A DNA stretch of 64,000 nucleotides from Batkoa obscura (GCA_030770535.1 JASVEC010000021.1:682001-746000), one strand, 5' to 3'; counted from the first letter of the stretch, positions 27,739-42,026 are shown. Translations and numbers: made by a program. Notes: a model not told the origin generated them from the sequence alone.

Positions 27739-27837
27739 GGGGACGTATTTCTGTGTTTAACAATTTTATTGATAATCTTTCCACTCAAATAGCGTTTAAA
27801 AAATGGAAAAAGTAATGAAACCAAAAAAAACATCCTC
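27739..27837 (+). mobile_element. ~100-bp MITE copy
   Basis: Consensus match. Confidence 0.85.
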
Positions 27838-27859
27838 CTATGTTTTTCCTTCTTATATT

Positions 27860-28283
27860 TATGAAATATCGCTCTGTCAGCTCTATAATTGATTATAACA
27901 TAACAATCACTTAAGTTATTGTGTTCTTGAGTTCGGAGACAACCAATCCCAAGCTCTTATTTTGGTTTACTACGAGAATTTCTAACTTCATATTGCAAAG
28001 AATACTATTGTCTCGTTTTGATACCTATACTTGGCAAAGTATAAAAAAGATTCTTCATAATAATTCGAGACTTTTTAACTGAATTATTCCCCAATATTGT
28101 ACCTTTAATAAACCCACTAAATCTTTCTGATAATATTTTACATAGATTTTACAATAGTATTGTCTATTCTATTTTCCTTGTATAGTCTGTAGCATACTAC
28201 ATGCTATTTTCCATAGTTCAAGTTTATCTTAGTTACACAAACTAAAACCTTTTGATTCCAACCACTGAGTATCAAGTTTCATG
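27860..28283 (-). mobile_element. Solo LTR copy (reverse; ~40-bp internal deletion)
   Basis: Reverse complement aligns end to end with 13035-13498. Confidence 0.8.
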
Positions 28284-28664
28284 TATTGAAATTTTTTAAA
28301 ATTTTATTAAAGTAGCTGTAAAAGCTTAGATTTTGGTCTTATTTTAAATCATACAAACATTTACTAATTTTAAAACATGTTACACAAAAACTTTTGTTAT
28401 TAAAAAAAAAATATTTTTTATTTCCTAATTTAGATTTTTTTTTAAAATTATAACTTATTTATTATTAAATATAAAATTCAATAACTGATTTTTTAAAAAT
28501 TCATTTTTACTGAGTTGCTATAATCAGAACGAAAAATTAAAATTTAAGCTTAACCAATGATTGATCTATTGAAATTTCTTCCAAAATATTCAATGTCATC
28601 ATAATTTCAATAATTCAATGAATTGAGCTTTTTACATTAATTGAAGCAACAAGACGATAAAAAA

Positions 28665-30653
28665 ATGGAAAGTTTGTATATTATTAAAAGAGAGAGTGGG
28701 TAAGTAGGATTATCGTTATTAACAAATAAGGATACTTTAACTAACATTAATATTAATTTGTATTCTATTAAATAGAATTATATTAATTGAAAAGCATTGG
28801 AAAAAAGGAATAGCTACTCATTTGATAACTCAATTTTATAATAATTATTTAAAAAATAAGCCATTAGAACCAATTTATAATCAATACCAGTGTTTGTTTT
28901 TACCAATATTAATTAATGAATTTATATTTTTGGCTGTTAATGAAAAAGAAGGTGAATATAATTTTATTATTAGTTTTAATATACTAAATTACTTTAATTA
29001 ATCAACTTAATTAGCTCCTCCATTGATGGTGATTGAATTCTTGTATAAAATTATTGAAGTATTAAAATTATATATTGGAGATATTAATGAATTTAATTTA
29101 AAAGAAAACTATGTGATTATTTATCAAGTAAGCAAAAGAACATTGTTAATTTAATTTGATTATTCAATAATTAAACTAATAAAACAAAAATATATTTAGT
29201 TGTTAGAAGAAATGATTGATTATGGATTTCCATTAATAACAGATAGTAATAATTTGAGAGGAATAATAACACCACCAACAATGATTAATAAAGTGATTTC
29301 AAAAGTTACGGGCGTATCAAAGTAAGTTCTTTTTATATTTATTATTCATATTCTTTTATTATTTATATTTATATTTATATTTTAATAGCACACATGATAA
29401 ATTATTAACTGGTTCTTTATCAAATATTGCTTGGCGTAAAAATGGAATTGTTTATAAAAGTAATGAGATTTATTTTGATATTGTAGAAGAAATTGATGCT
29501 ATTTTAGCAAAGTAAGCTATTATTGCTATTTACGAAATAATACATAACATATTATTAATTAATTATTAGTGATGGTACTATTGTTTCAAGTGAAATTCAT
29601 GGTAGTATATTAGCCAATTGTAGATTAAGTGGTAAATATCAATTTAGTTATCAATTAACATTATAATACAATAGAATACAAATTAATAATCTAATTTAAG
29701 GTATGCCTGATTTAACTATATCATTTAATCGAGTAGATGTAATTGATGATTTTTCATTTCATCCATGTGTGCGGTAAGTAATTATATATTAATATATATT
29801 TATTTTATATTTATTTTATATTTATATTATATTTATATTTATTTTATATTTATTTTATATTTATTTTAATTTAGTCATGACAAATTTCAATTAAATAAAA
29901 TATTAAATTTTATACCACCAGACGGACAATTTAAACTAATGAGTTATCGTACTACATTAAATTCATATCAATTCATACCAATTACAATAACTAGTAAAAT
30001 TCATAAAGTCGGGGAAGGAGGTAAAGTTTATTTTGTATTTTATAATAATTAGAATATAATATATATAATATTAATTAGGTCGATTTGAAATTATAATGCA
30101 CCCTAAATTTCCACAAAATAAAATAATTGAAAATATTTTATTTGGTTTTAAATTTAATCATCAAGATATTAATAATATCATTGCTCATCCCAATATTGGT
30201 ACTTTTATGTTAGATTATCAAGAACAAGTAAGTCTTAAATTTATAATATTTATAATATTAATTTATTAATTATTTTTTATTCTTTCAGAATTTAATATGG
30301 AAAATTGAAAAGTTAAATCCAAAAGATAAAGTACCTATTTTAAATGGTACTTATACAAGGTAAATTTAATAATTATAAAATAAAATTCAAATTAACTATG
30401 AAATTTATTAATAAATTAATAGTCCAAATCAAAAAGAATTAAGTGGGGTCGGAGAAATTAAATTTAATATAACTAATTTAGCTTGTTCTAATTTAAAAAT
30501 TGATTCTTTAAAAGTTATTAATGAAAACTATAAACCATATAAAGTAAGTCAGATTGAATATATTTATTTATATAAAAATTGAAATAATAATTTTCAACAT
30601 AATAGGGTGTAAGAGCCTTAACTAAAGCTGGTAGTTTTCAAGTACGAATTTGA
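28665..30653 (+). CDS. APM3: AP-3 adaptor complex mu subunit, many short exons (absent from the ORF track)
   Basis: Spliced: MESLYIIKRESG-IILIEKHWK, PPLMVIEFL, YQLLEEMIDYGFP, IAWRKNGIVYKSNEIYFDIVEEID, LSGMPDL, SFHPCVR, FIPPDGQFKLMSY and KPYKGVRALTKAGSFQVRI*. Confidence 0.9.
29797..29870. repeat. A/T minisatellite (tattttatatt)n in an APM3 intron
   Basis: Directly visible tandem ~11-bp unit. Confidence 0.7.
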
Positions 30654-30678
30654 ATTTAAAATAAATCATATTCCTCCC

Positions 30679-32129
30679 TTATTTAATCAAATTTTGATAA
30701 TATTCTTTATAAACTAAAAAAATAAGAAATAAAAAATTCATTAAAATAAATAACATATTAATAAAATACTTACAATTAAATCGTTTCAATTCTTCTTTTT
30801 GTTGTTTTTCAATTCGTTTTTTTTCATCTTCTAATTGAGTATTAATTTTCTTAACTGCGATAGCGGATCCAGAGCCCATTTCTGGTTTAAGATTTCTTTT
30901 CATACCGTTTAAATTAAATTGATTGACTCGAGGTCGAATTGTTGATTTAACAAACCAAATAGGCATCGCATTTTGTTGGCTTTTTTATAGAAATTACAAA
31001 TAAAATAAAATATTATTATTATTATAATTATAAATTACAAATAATTAATTAAATTTACCGTTTCTTTTCCAACTCTGCTTCTAATTCTTCTTTACTTGCT
31101 TTATCATTTTCGGCTAATACAACGGTTATTTTAGTGATATTACCACCTGTATCTTGAGCAAATGCAATTTCACCATTAGCAGCTCCTAATAAAAAAAGTC
31201 ATTAAAAAAAAGGTAACCACATTAACTCTTGATTAATCACTTACTTTTCTGAGCTTGTTCTTTTTTAACCATAGCTTGAGTGAGGGTTTCCTTTGTCCTA
31301 AAACATAAAAAATACAATAAAATCTTCAATTTTTTTAAAAGCAACATTAAATAACTTACAAAACCACTTCCACTTTTTCTGTTTCTTTTAATAAGGCTAA
31401 TATTTTTTCTGTTTGTTTTTTAAACATAACTAATGTTTCTTGAGGGGACCATTGACTCTCTTTAACCGTACCCATAATTAATATAGCTTTATTACATGTT
31501 TCTACCTCACATCTAAAATCCCCCATCGATTCTCGATTACTAAAGGCTAATTCAATCATATCATACACCTTATTACATACTGGACAATAATAACCAGGTT
31601 GATGATGTTTCTAATTGCTTCAAGGTTACTAAAAATAAAAAAGAATGAAAATTATACTAATAAACTTACTTGGTCCATTCGATTTTTTATACTTTCATTA
31701 ATAACCGCAATTTTCCATTTAGTCACATTAATAAATCTTGGATAATCGACTGCATAATATGTTTTTTCAATTGTTTTATTTCCCAATCCTTTCGTTTCTT
31801 TACGCTTGATACTAGTAAATTTAAAATTTAATGGAATTCCATTATTCAATAAAATAGAAATTACACATGAATAAAACCATCATCTTTTAATCTAGAACAT
31901 ATATTTTGGACTTCTTTTGCTGGCATTACTAATTTACGTATTAATACATCTTCACTTATCCTATATTATTTTATATAAATCAATCAAAATTGATTTAATC
32001 AATTAAAATTAAACTTTACCAATCTAATCGATTAAGTAAACTCATTACAATAATAAATTTAGGCTCATAAAAAGTAGTCATGACTCTATTTACTAAATCT
32101 TGAAAGATTTGGGGTACTTTGTGGGACAT
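30679..32129 (-). CDS. TFA1: Transcription initiation factor TFIIE alpha subunit, multi-exon
   Basis: Spliced: DLVNRVMTTFYEPKFIIVM, TYYAVDYPRFINVTKWKI, zinc ribbon GYYCPVCNK...FRCEVETC, KQQNAMPIWFVKST, ending YYQNLIK*. Confidence 0.88.
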
Positions 32130-32529
32130 ATTGGGATAATTAAATTATTGTTAATCAAGTTTTGTGATAATAAAGATAAGTTAAAGGAATGAATAAATGA
32201 ATTTTAATTTTTAAAAAAAAATAAAAACTGATAATATCTCAACTTGACACTTTAATTTAATCTAAAAATTTAATCATATTGCAAAATCTATTCTATCAAG
32301 GTTAAAGTTTAATAACTGAATTTTGCAATTTTTGATTGATAACAAAGTTGGTGAGCCACTAAATTTAGAATTAAATTTTAATAAATTCACTAATAAATAT
32401 TTCTTATCTTGAATTTTAAATTTAAATTTAACATAATATAATATCTCTTCAACTTTCAACTTTTTAATAAAAAGTTCAATAATTAATATCTTTATTTATT
32501 AAAACAAATAATAATAATAAACATTTATT

Positions 32530-33332
32530 ATGCCTTGGCTACCCACTACATTTTCCGATATTGTTTGGACCTTTTCTTTTTTACTTGGTATTGTAAGCCT
32601 TTATTTTTAAAATGTTATAAATTGAAATATTTAACCTTTTTTATTATTCGAATAGATAGGCTGGTTATGTATGTTGATAGGCGCAGCAGGTATTCGATTA
32701 AATACATACATCTGGATGTATATTTTATTTTCAATTACCTTAATTTGTCATGTGATCTATGTAGTTAATACAAACCAAATCAAGTCATATAAACATCAGT
32801 TAGTATTTCAATTAAGTATAATGAATATGTTACTTGGAACTACTATTCAAAATAGTCAAGAAACATTGTCTTTTATAGCACTAATATTTTGTGGTTCTGT
32901 TATTCAATTTATATTAAATTTATTTTGGATTATATTAATAGCTTCTGAACCGGGTACTTTAGCTTTTTATTTATCAGGTCAACATGACGACCTCATTTTT
33001 GATAACAGTTTACAATTAGAAAATTTGGGCTTAAAGGAATTATATCTGGGTACTAATGTTTCTATTAGTGATGAAGAGAGGAGTAATGATACGGATAGGG
33101 TTATCCATGTTAGAGCCCATTATCCTTATGATGCCGCTGCTGCTGAAGAAATTTCTTTTGTTAAAAATGAATTGATGGAGGTATTAAATTCAGATGGTAA
33201 TTGGTGGAAAGTATTAAAAGTAGATGGTACAGTTGGATTAGCTCCATCCAATTATGTAAGTTTACTTTAGTTTTTTTTTGAAATAATGAGGTATTAATTA
33301 CTTTCCTTTTTTAGCTTGGTATTGTTATGTAA
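32530..33332 (+). CDS. SHO1: Sho1-like osmosensor (four TM segments plus C-terminal SH3), three exons
   Basis: ATG at 32530, intron 32593-32655 and a last intron after SNY (resumes 33315). Four hydrophobic segments, then the SH3 RAHYPYDA..EEISFVKNELMEV...GNWWKV...GLAPSNY. Confidence 0.8.
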
Positions 33333-33736
33333 ATTTATTAAGTCAATATATGATTTTTATAGATTAAAGATTAGTATTTGACGTTATTATTTGATTGATC
33401 TTTATTTTGTTTATATGAATTAAGTGTTCGTGTTTGTTATACTTTGTTATTGTCCCTTATTGGTATTTAGTCGAATTAATTGATTTATTTAATTGAATTG
33501 GAATTCACACTTTTGTTTTTTAATAGTTTATATGATATATTATTTTTTTATCAATCTTTTTTAAATTAAAAAGTACAGTCACATCTAGAACAGAATATAA
33601 AATTCATTTAAAATAGTTTTGTAAGTATTTTTACTCTTTTATATAGCTCACTGAAAAAACAATAAAATTATTACAAAAACTAATATTAATAAAAAAATAT
33701 ATTATTTCAATAAGTTCTAAATAAAATTTAATACAT

Positions 33737-33834
33737 GGGGATGGATTTTTTTGTTTAAGAATTTTATCAACAATTTTCCGCTTAAATAGCGCTTAAAAGA
33801 TGGAAAAAATGATGATGCCAAAAAAAACATCCCC
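33737..33834 (+). mobile_element. ~100-bp MITE copy
   Basis: GGGGATG...CATCCCC-ATAT. Confidence 0.88.
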
Positions 33835-34008
33835 ATATAAAATGAATTTTTAATTTTACCCTTTTATTTTAAACTAAATAGTTGAATACTTGAAAAATAG
33901 CTAATATTTTTAATATCTCATTAACATATTTATAATATAAGTTTCTATATTTGAATAGGTTATTAAATTTAATTTTACAAAATCAAAAATAAATACTCAT
34001 AATTATAT

Positions 34009-34229
34009 GTGGATGTATTTTTTAAGAATTTCATTAATAATTTTTCCACTCAAATAGCGCTTAAAGATGGAAAAAATCGTGAAACCAAAAAATATCCTCA
34101 TATATTCAATTTAATAATTTAAAAATAACATTAAGAGTGTTTTTTGGTTTCACGATTTTTTCCATTTTTAAGCGCTATTTGAGTGGAAAAATTATTAATA
34201 AGATTCTTAAACAAAAAAAATCCATCCCC
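34009..34229. mobile_element. Two MITE copies in inverted orientation (34009-34099 + and ~34133-34229 -)
   Basis: Arms are near-perfect reverse complements around a ~33-bp spacer. Confidence 0.88.
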
Positions 34230-37200
34230 ATATATTGAAATTTAAAAATTTAAAATAGAATGATGTTAAACATTTGATTATTAAGAATTTGTTTGTTTCT
34301 AAAGGTTGTATTGACAGATTAAAATTAAGTTTGATTTTAAAAAGTATTTTAACTTATTACAAGCTAATTTTATTTTATAACAAAACTTTATTTTACATAA
34401 AAATTAAAATAAAAAACTCACACAATTTTGATTTAATTAAAAGCTTTTAATTATCTAAGTTATGGAAAAATTGAATTAAACAGATGAATTTCTATAAAAT
34501 ATCTTTTTGTTATTTCTTTAAAAATGATTGCTTTTAATAGCTCGAAAACTTGACACATACTTGAAAAAGTGTGCCAATAACATCAAGAAAAGTATTGGTC
34601 TAAAACACTGTACTTGAACATAACTAAGCTTTTTAATTAACATCAATAAAATGTACAATTCCTTTAAAAAGTTATTCGCCAAGTTTTTGTAAAAAGATCA
34701 TTTGATAAAATAAAATCTGTAAGATGATTTAATGGATTTTAGGCTTTAGATTAATTGCAATTCTTCTTAAATCGCACGATTAAATTGGCAAACAAAACAA
34801 TGGAATTTTTATCATTGGAATAGTATTTATAAAGGAAATTTACTTTAAAAACATTATTCTAAAGCCTAATGAAATCTATTCCTATTATACTTTAGAGTTA
34901 AAGTACTGCACCCAATAAAATTTAGCAATTTCTTGGAAAATAGTTAAATATTCTAAGCAATGGGGAATCTCACTTTTTTACATGATTGGAAGTAATATAA
35001 ATAGAAACATATTATTTTCCATTTCTTTTATCAAACCTTAATTAGGGAACTGTTAACTCAAAGTTGTTTCTACAAAAACATTGAAAAAAAATACAAGTAT
35101 TTATTTAGCGAATAGCTTTTTTATGGATGAAGTTAAGCATTTGAAGGTGGAGAAGGATTCTAATAAATTCTGTTCCTTAGTCATTTTAATGAGTAAATGT
35201 AAAAGGGTCTTAATTAATTAGTTAATGAAAAATGATGAAAAAGTAATTATAGTTACACTTATGAAATAATAATATTTGAAACAATGTACTAGGTTAAAAG
35301 TTTATGACTGGTCAATTTGCGCAAAAAATGAGTATTGAAAAAAAAGAGGAGACTTAATTCAATTGAATTAATTTTTGTCCAAAAACATAACCTTAATACG
35401 GATATACCAGTTTAAAACGATGTTATAAAGTAATTTATTCATGGAAAAATGGGATTTTAAAGTAAGTATACATTAATAGGAAAGGATCATAAAGTTTATT
35501 TCTATATTAAGAAATACTTTTGAATATTTTGTTATTAAACCTTGAAAGAGCCAATCAATTTATAGATACTTGACTATTGAAACAAAAAGAGGGAATCATC
35601 TTAAAAACTGAAAAGTTAAAAAAAACCATAAAAATTTCTTATACTATTTTTAAGCGTATGGCTAAGACAAACTCAAAAAATGATGGAATTAATAAGGGAA
35701 CAAAAATATAAAAGAGGATTTTAACTATAAAAAATGATTAGGTTGCTTTAAATGTCGCTGCTGCCATATTTGTTATTTAATTGCATAAATCGCTAAAGTT
35801 TTATATTATGCCACTAAACGCGGCAAATTTGAAATCTCTAATTTGTACAATTTATGTTTTCAGCATCCCCCTTTCAATTTTAGTTCCATAAGCAAACTAC
35901 TGAAAAATTGATTGGGTTTATAATTGATAAAAAAATGATATGAAAGTTAAGAATAAATTATGTAAAAAGCAACTCAATTTTTAAGGGGGGATATCTAATA
36001 ATAGTGTATAAATTAGTGTTAAAAGCTTTGTTTTCAAAATAAAAAAGCTTAAAGGTTAGAAATAGAAAACAAAAGGATAAAAACATATTTAATTCCCATT
36101 TAAAGTAGTCTAAGTTTTGTTAATTAATGCCTATATTCATTCATCACTCTTTGATCAAATCTCTTATTATTGAATTATCAATACACTTTATAATTTATTA
36201 GGTATGTAATTCAATAACAGAATAATATAGTATTAGATTACTTATTCTATAACCTTCTTTACAATATTTTTAACTTATTATTAAAGTAAATAAATCTAGA
36301 TATAACATATGTAAGTAATATAAAAATAGAATATAAGGTTATGTTTGTTTAATTGATAGTTCTGATATAAAAGAATAATACAATGAAAGACATCAGCATA
36401 TATTAATGGATTTATGATGCGATCAATAAATATGTAATAAGTAATAAACAAATTAATAAATCATTAAATATAGAGGTACGTATTCCTAAAATAAAGAACC
36501 TAAACATGTATATTCGCATATATTTTATAATATAATATATATATTAAACATTGAATTGATTCGAATATGTATCTATTTTATAACTATTACTAATTATACC
36601 TATGTTCCTCCCTTTCTATTTATCCAACCATAAAAAAGATTCTAAATTTCTTTATTGGCTAAGAAACAACTTTATGATTTTGTTTATATTCCATTACTGT
36701 TTATTTTAGATTATGGTTTGTAATTAGCTATTACATTTTCAACTTGACTATAAAAAAATACGGTAATAAATAGGAGCAATATGAATCTATTTATAAAAAA
36801 GTGCAACTTTACTATTGGCTAATTCACTTAATAATTAAACATGTCACTATGAAGCAAGTTTTATAAAAATAAAAACATTTTATAACTTTATATGTTCACA
36901 AACTTTAGCAAATAATAATTACATCTTTAATTAAATCTGTGGTCCTTTATTATGCTTTAAAAAACATTGTTCACGCTTTATTTTATTATATTTAATAACG
37001 ACCATGAGATCATTAAACTTGAAATAATCTATGATTACTTATAGATATTCATCTCATTTTTAATAAAATCAATACAACATATCACATTTTACTTATAACA
37101 GTTAAATATATTGATAATTTAGTCAACAATTTACATAAGGAAATAAAATAATTTACTAAATGTCATATTAAATTTAGGTGTCATAAAAAATACACAAAAT

Positions 37201-37889
37201 GTACAATATTAAATAGAGGCTAAGTATTTACTAATGTATATTTTCATAAGAAGGTTTAGGAGATAATAAGCTATTTTTAAAAGATATTAACTGGGTTAAT
37301 TTTTTATCCAATCAAGAGTTAGATCGTAATTAAATTAATTCCATTAAAAATCGGATAAATTGAAGAGTCAATCACAAAAGTTTATATTTAAATAACAAAA
37401 TGAGAAGTAGTTAGGGAATTACAGTTCATCATTGATTGGATAACCCGTTCCTTTATAATTTGTGGATATTTTAAACAACATAAGTATTTAACTGAAAACT
37501 CATTTAAATACTTTATACATCATTTTCTTTACAATATGCTTAAAGTCTATCTTTATTTGTAAACAGTTAGTTTAAGGAGTGAGTGTGGGTTAATTAGAAA
37601 ACTCATTGTGCCTGATATAATTTTTTATAATTTTTCTATAATTACGTGTTTGAGTTATAGTTGATCAAATTTGATCAAACAAAACAAGATGGGGGTGATT
37701 TAGTAAAAAAAATTATTGTAGAAGAAAATTAATGTTAAAAATGGGGTTATAAATGATAAAATTAATAGTCAATTTATAATGGATGTACAACATTAAAAAA
37801 GTTGTGTTTAATAAAGGAACTTTTATTTAAATAAAAAACAACAAAAACATTAAAAAGAGCGAGCCAATTACAATAAAGTAAGGGGGATA

Positions 37890-38566
37890 CTAAATAAATA
37901 AAAAATGATTTTTAGGGATTGAGAAAGTGAGTGTCAATTTACAAGTTAGCTTTTCTAAAGTAGCATTAATTTTCTCCTTATTATCCTCATTATAAGCTAA
38001 TTGTAACAAATACTTTTGCTTATTTATCCAAAAATTGGTGAATTTTAAAAAGAGACCTTCCCAACAGTTATAAACTTCATTCACGCCTAAGGAGTAATTC
38101 AATTCCATTAAAACTCTTGATTTTAATTTTATTAAAAGACTATGTTCTAAGTGAGTTACATTACCCCATGCTTCAAGTTGATAAGGGATATCTTCCATCC
38201 ATGTAAAGGCTAATATTAAACATACAATAAATACTGTATCGCCACTATATTCGAGAAATAAGGACTTTTTTTACTTATTAATCTTAAAAAATAGTTTAAG
38301 GCGATTAAAAAAAAACTGCCTTCAATGTTGAAATGTTTGAATATTGCTTTATATAATCCTATATTACTTTTTCCACTATGATGGCTTACTACACGATTTA
38401 TGAACTCTATTTTATAGTAATCAGGTATTTTTTCAATATCTTTAATTGTTACTATCCTTGAGTTTATTTTATGAATTTTATTATATCTACTCCTATATGC
38501 ATCCCTACGTATGTCGCCTTTATTTAAAATATTATTTCTATGATTATTTCCAAGTAATACAGTCAT
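37890..38566 (-). pseudogene. Pho80/Pcl-like cyclin-domain gene split by a 1-nt frameshift (or sequencing error)
   Basis: The upstream frame FLIALNYFLRL joins the downstream frame VFIVCLILAFTWMEDIPY..EAW...LESRVL-like MELNYSL if one base is added to the A7 run at 38266-38272. Confidence 0.55.
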
Positions 38567-40809
38567 AATGAAATTTGTGTATCTTTTCAATTTTTAATAT
38601 GTATTCAATGATATATAATATCAATAAATAAATTTTGATTTTAAATAGGTTTTGATTGTAAAATTAAGTGTATTTATACTTTTCTAAAAAATCATAAAAT
38701 AGTATAAAATCTAGAATAAATCAATTTAATAGGACTAAATATGTAAGCAAATACGAAACCCATATTTATTTATTTAATTTTGGTGCTTAAAAGTTATTTT
38801 TTATAACTGTAAAAAAAAGAAGTTTGAATTATTATTTTGATTTAAAAAAATGTCCATAAAAGTATACTTTTTATTTAACAGCACAATTTTATATTTACTT
38901 AATTAATTAAGGTGACTATTATATTGTTTAAGAATAAGCCTGTATTGTTCTATTCTTATTTCAAGTTTTAATAAACAAGATTTATAATTCCACATTAGAT
39001 TAATAACTTCTTATGATTATATTCCTAAAATAAAAATATTTTTGTTCTGATTTTTTCGATTAATCATCAAACATGATATGGGTGATCTATTAATAATGTT
39101 GTGGGTAATATTAATCCCCTATCAGCTTTTTTTGTACCATGAAGAATAGAATATATTTTAGCGATCACCCCAATTTATTACAGTTCAAATTTAGTATTAA
39201 ATACAGAACAAGCATCCCAATATCGTTGCACTATGATATCAATGAAAATGGCACCTTGCTCTTCATTCATAATTCAATGAGTAACGATATGCTTTAATGA
39301 ACATTTACTTCCATTTTCAAATAAAATAAAAATAAACTGGAATACAATTAAGCATAATATTAGGTTAATTTATTCTTCCTGATTTACGAAAAAATATATT
39401 AATTTGATTTATATAGAAAATTTATGCAGCTTGTTATCCGCCAAGTCACCCGTTTTACTCTTATTTTGGAATATCTCTTTTGAAATACTTTTATAAAAAT
39501 TTTGCAAGAAACCAATCGGGTGCTATGCGGGAAAATACTTTTTAAATTAAACATCAGCTCATTTTAATGTCATAAATTTGATATTTTATCCATAATTCAT
39601 TACTTCGCTGTGCAATGATAAATTAAGAATAAAATAATTTTAGCAGAGGTTAATCATTTAACCAATTAAAAATAAGACAATAAACAAATTTAACATAATT
39701 AAAGTTAAGGCAACTTATAAATTTAGCACACCATGCATACTATTTCCCTTTTTATGTTGTCATTTTCTATTAACCTTGACTTTTTTAAACAAAGCTATTA
39801 ATACTGAATAATTCGTTTACCCAGTAATTATAAATTACTGATTTATCAATGTATTTTCCAAAATAATGGGCAATGTAGATTTGAAGCATGAACCACTAGA
39901 CATGTGAATTATTTGTCCAGTTGCTAACGGTTTTTGGATAGCTGATAGCGATTGGGCAAAGGGTTTGGGTGTTCATAGTGATTTACACCTTCAAATTTAC
40001 GCTACTCATTTTTATAAATTCAATTATAATGGTGTAAAAATTGAATTTTATTTATTACCCCGTTTTTATTATAGTTTTAACAAATACCTTAAATAAAATA
40101 CTATAATAATTTACATTTTTTTTTAAATAACGTATTAAATTTTAACTTTTATAATTTATATATACACTTTTTTAGCTTTATTATTTATTTATTTAAATGC
40201 TATTGAGTAGAAAAAATTGTAGATTTTTCAAACAAGATATTACTTTCTTTTAATTTGTTTGTATTTTTTAAATTTCCAATTCATTTTATTAGTCAATTTA
40301 ATTTTCCAGAACTAAGTTTTAATCAAAAAATTCTGTTTCAAAAGCGGACTTTTTCAAAACACTTAGTACTCAAGGAGTTAAAAAATTTAACGAGTAAATA
40401 TTCTATTATGTGTTTTTACCAAAATCTATTATTTTTAACTTTAATGCAAAGAAAACTTGTTATTGCTATCTTTTGACTATAATAAGTGTTGAATATTTGG
40501 TATAAAGCCAAAACGTTATCTTATAATAGATATAAATATATTTAACTCTTATAAAATAGCCTAGTATTTACTAGAGATCAAATTTCAGTTCAATAATATA
40601 AACAAACTTAATCTTAATGTCACCTTTATTATAAACCAATTTACGGAAAACAATTTTTATTACTAAGTTAGATGTAAAGCCTATTTATTTCAAATTGGAT
40701 AGTAAATAAAAAATGTAATAAAATAATTTAGAAATAATAAAGCAAAAATTATGCATCAATTGAAACATAAATATGAACATCAAGAATTCAGATTGCTTTT
40801 ATGGTCAAT

Positions 40810-42026
40810 ATGTGTATTGACAAGTATAGAGATTATTTTGATAAAATGACCACCTACTTACAAATGGTCAAAATGTCACTAATATTAGCTATTACAGCTG
40901 TATCAATTATGATTATATTAAGTAAGTATCGTAAACTTTATACTAAGTAACCAACTATACCAATGTTAATAATTGCATATTAGTTAACAGAGTAACTTTG
41001 AGATTGCATACTAGTATTTTGTGGATTCGTCCATCTTACTATGATGGATTCTCATTATATATATTAATTGGTTACCATCTATTGGCTTATCTTTTGCTTT
41101 ATGCTTTTCCTAATGTAACTATTGGAGTCAACTTATAATTAGTATTCGTGCATGATACTACTATAATAAAAAGAATCGAAGTAGTATACTGAATAGTATC
41201 TATTTTAATTCCACTGATAATCATCATTCTACCACTTGGTACAATATTACTTTAGGACGCTTGTAGGTTGATATTAATTTATTTTATATAACAAAAGAAA
41301 TGTCTGAATATAATAAGTTCAACAAATGCTATCTTGCAATCAATGATATAAACAATTCTAAAACATTCGATTTCTTTACTAGTATCATGGTCACAATAGT
41401 TTCTATACTTTATCTATTAGTAACTGTAATCTTGGTTGTAGTAAAATTAAGTATGCAGGCGGAAAAGGTGCAAAATTTCAGGTTGTTTCGTGGAGTAAGA
41501 GCTTCTATAGAAGCGCTCAACTGTGTGAAGATTATGTATTTTATAATGTATTCAATTTTAAAAATAATATTTATTGTAATAACTATTTTTTTTAGTTTAT
41601 TATATATTATATTAATGATAACTTCTCAATCTGGATTAGTAATAAAGCAAGCAGCTTTCGATCTTGTTGACATTACATCCCCAGAATTTGACATTTTAAC
41701 GTATTTTACTAGTGGTATATTAGGAACATTCAATTTTGTTGTCTTTTTCCTTAATCCAAGTATATGTTCTGGGTTTAGAAAAATATATTTGAAAATTATT
41801 ACAAGAAATAAATTTCAAGATGGAGTAGATGATGAAGGTATGTCAATGTACCATTGATATAGCATTAATAAATTAACCATCCTTTTAGGAAACAGTGAGG
41901 CAACATTTTCTATTAAAGTTAACTCAAATAAGCTTGATCAGTCTAATTCTTGTGCTTTTAAAAATGAGAATGTAGATGCTACAATGCTTAGCAAGATTAT
42001 CCAAACTTTTCAATTTCAACTTTAAT
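40810..42026 (+). pseudogene. GPCR family A, copy 0 (decayed)
   Basis: Same exon layout as 43422 and 45910 (NRVTLRL, FRLFRG.RAS.EA, TSGILGT.NF), but with deletions, in-frame stops near 41136 and 41190, and a mutated intron-2 acceptor. Confidence 0.8.

Noticed and set aside
28557..28664. Upstream ATG as the APM3 start
   Set aside because: The frame closes quickly; the ATG at 28665 matches the conserved AP-3 mu N-terminus.
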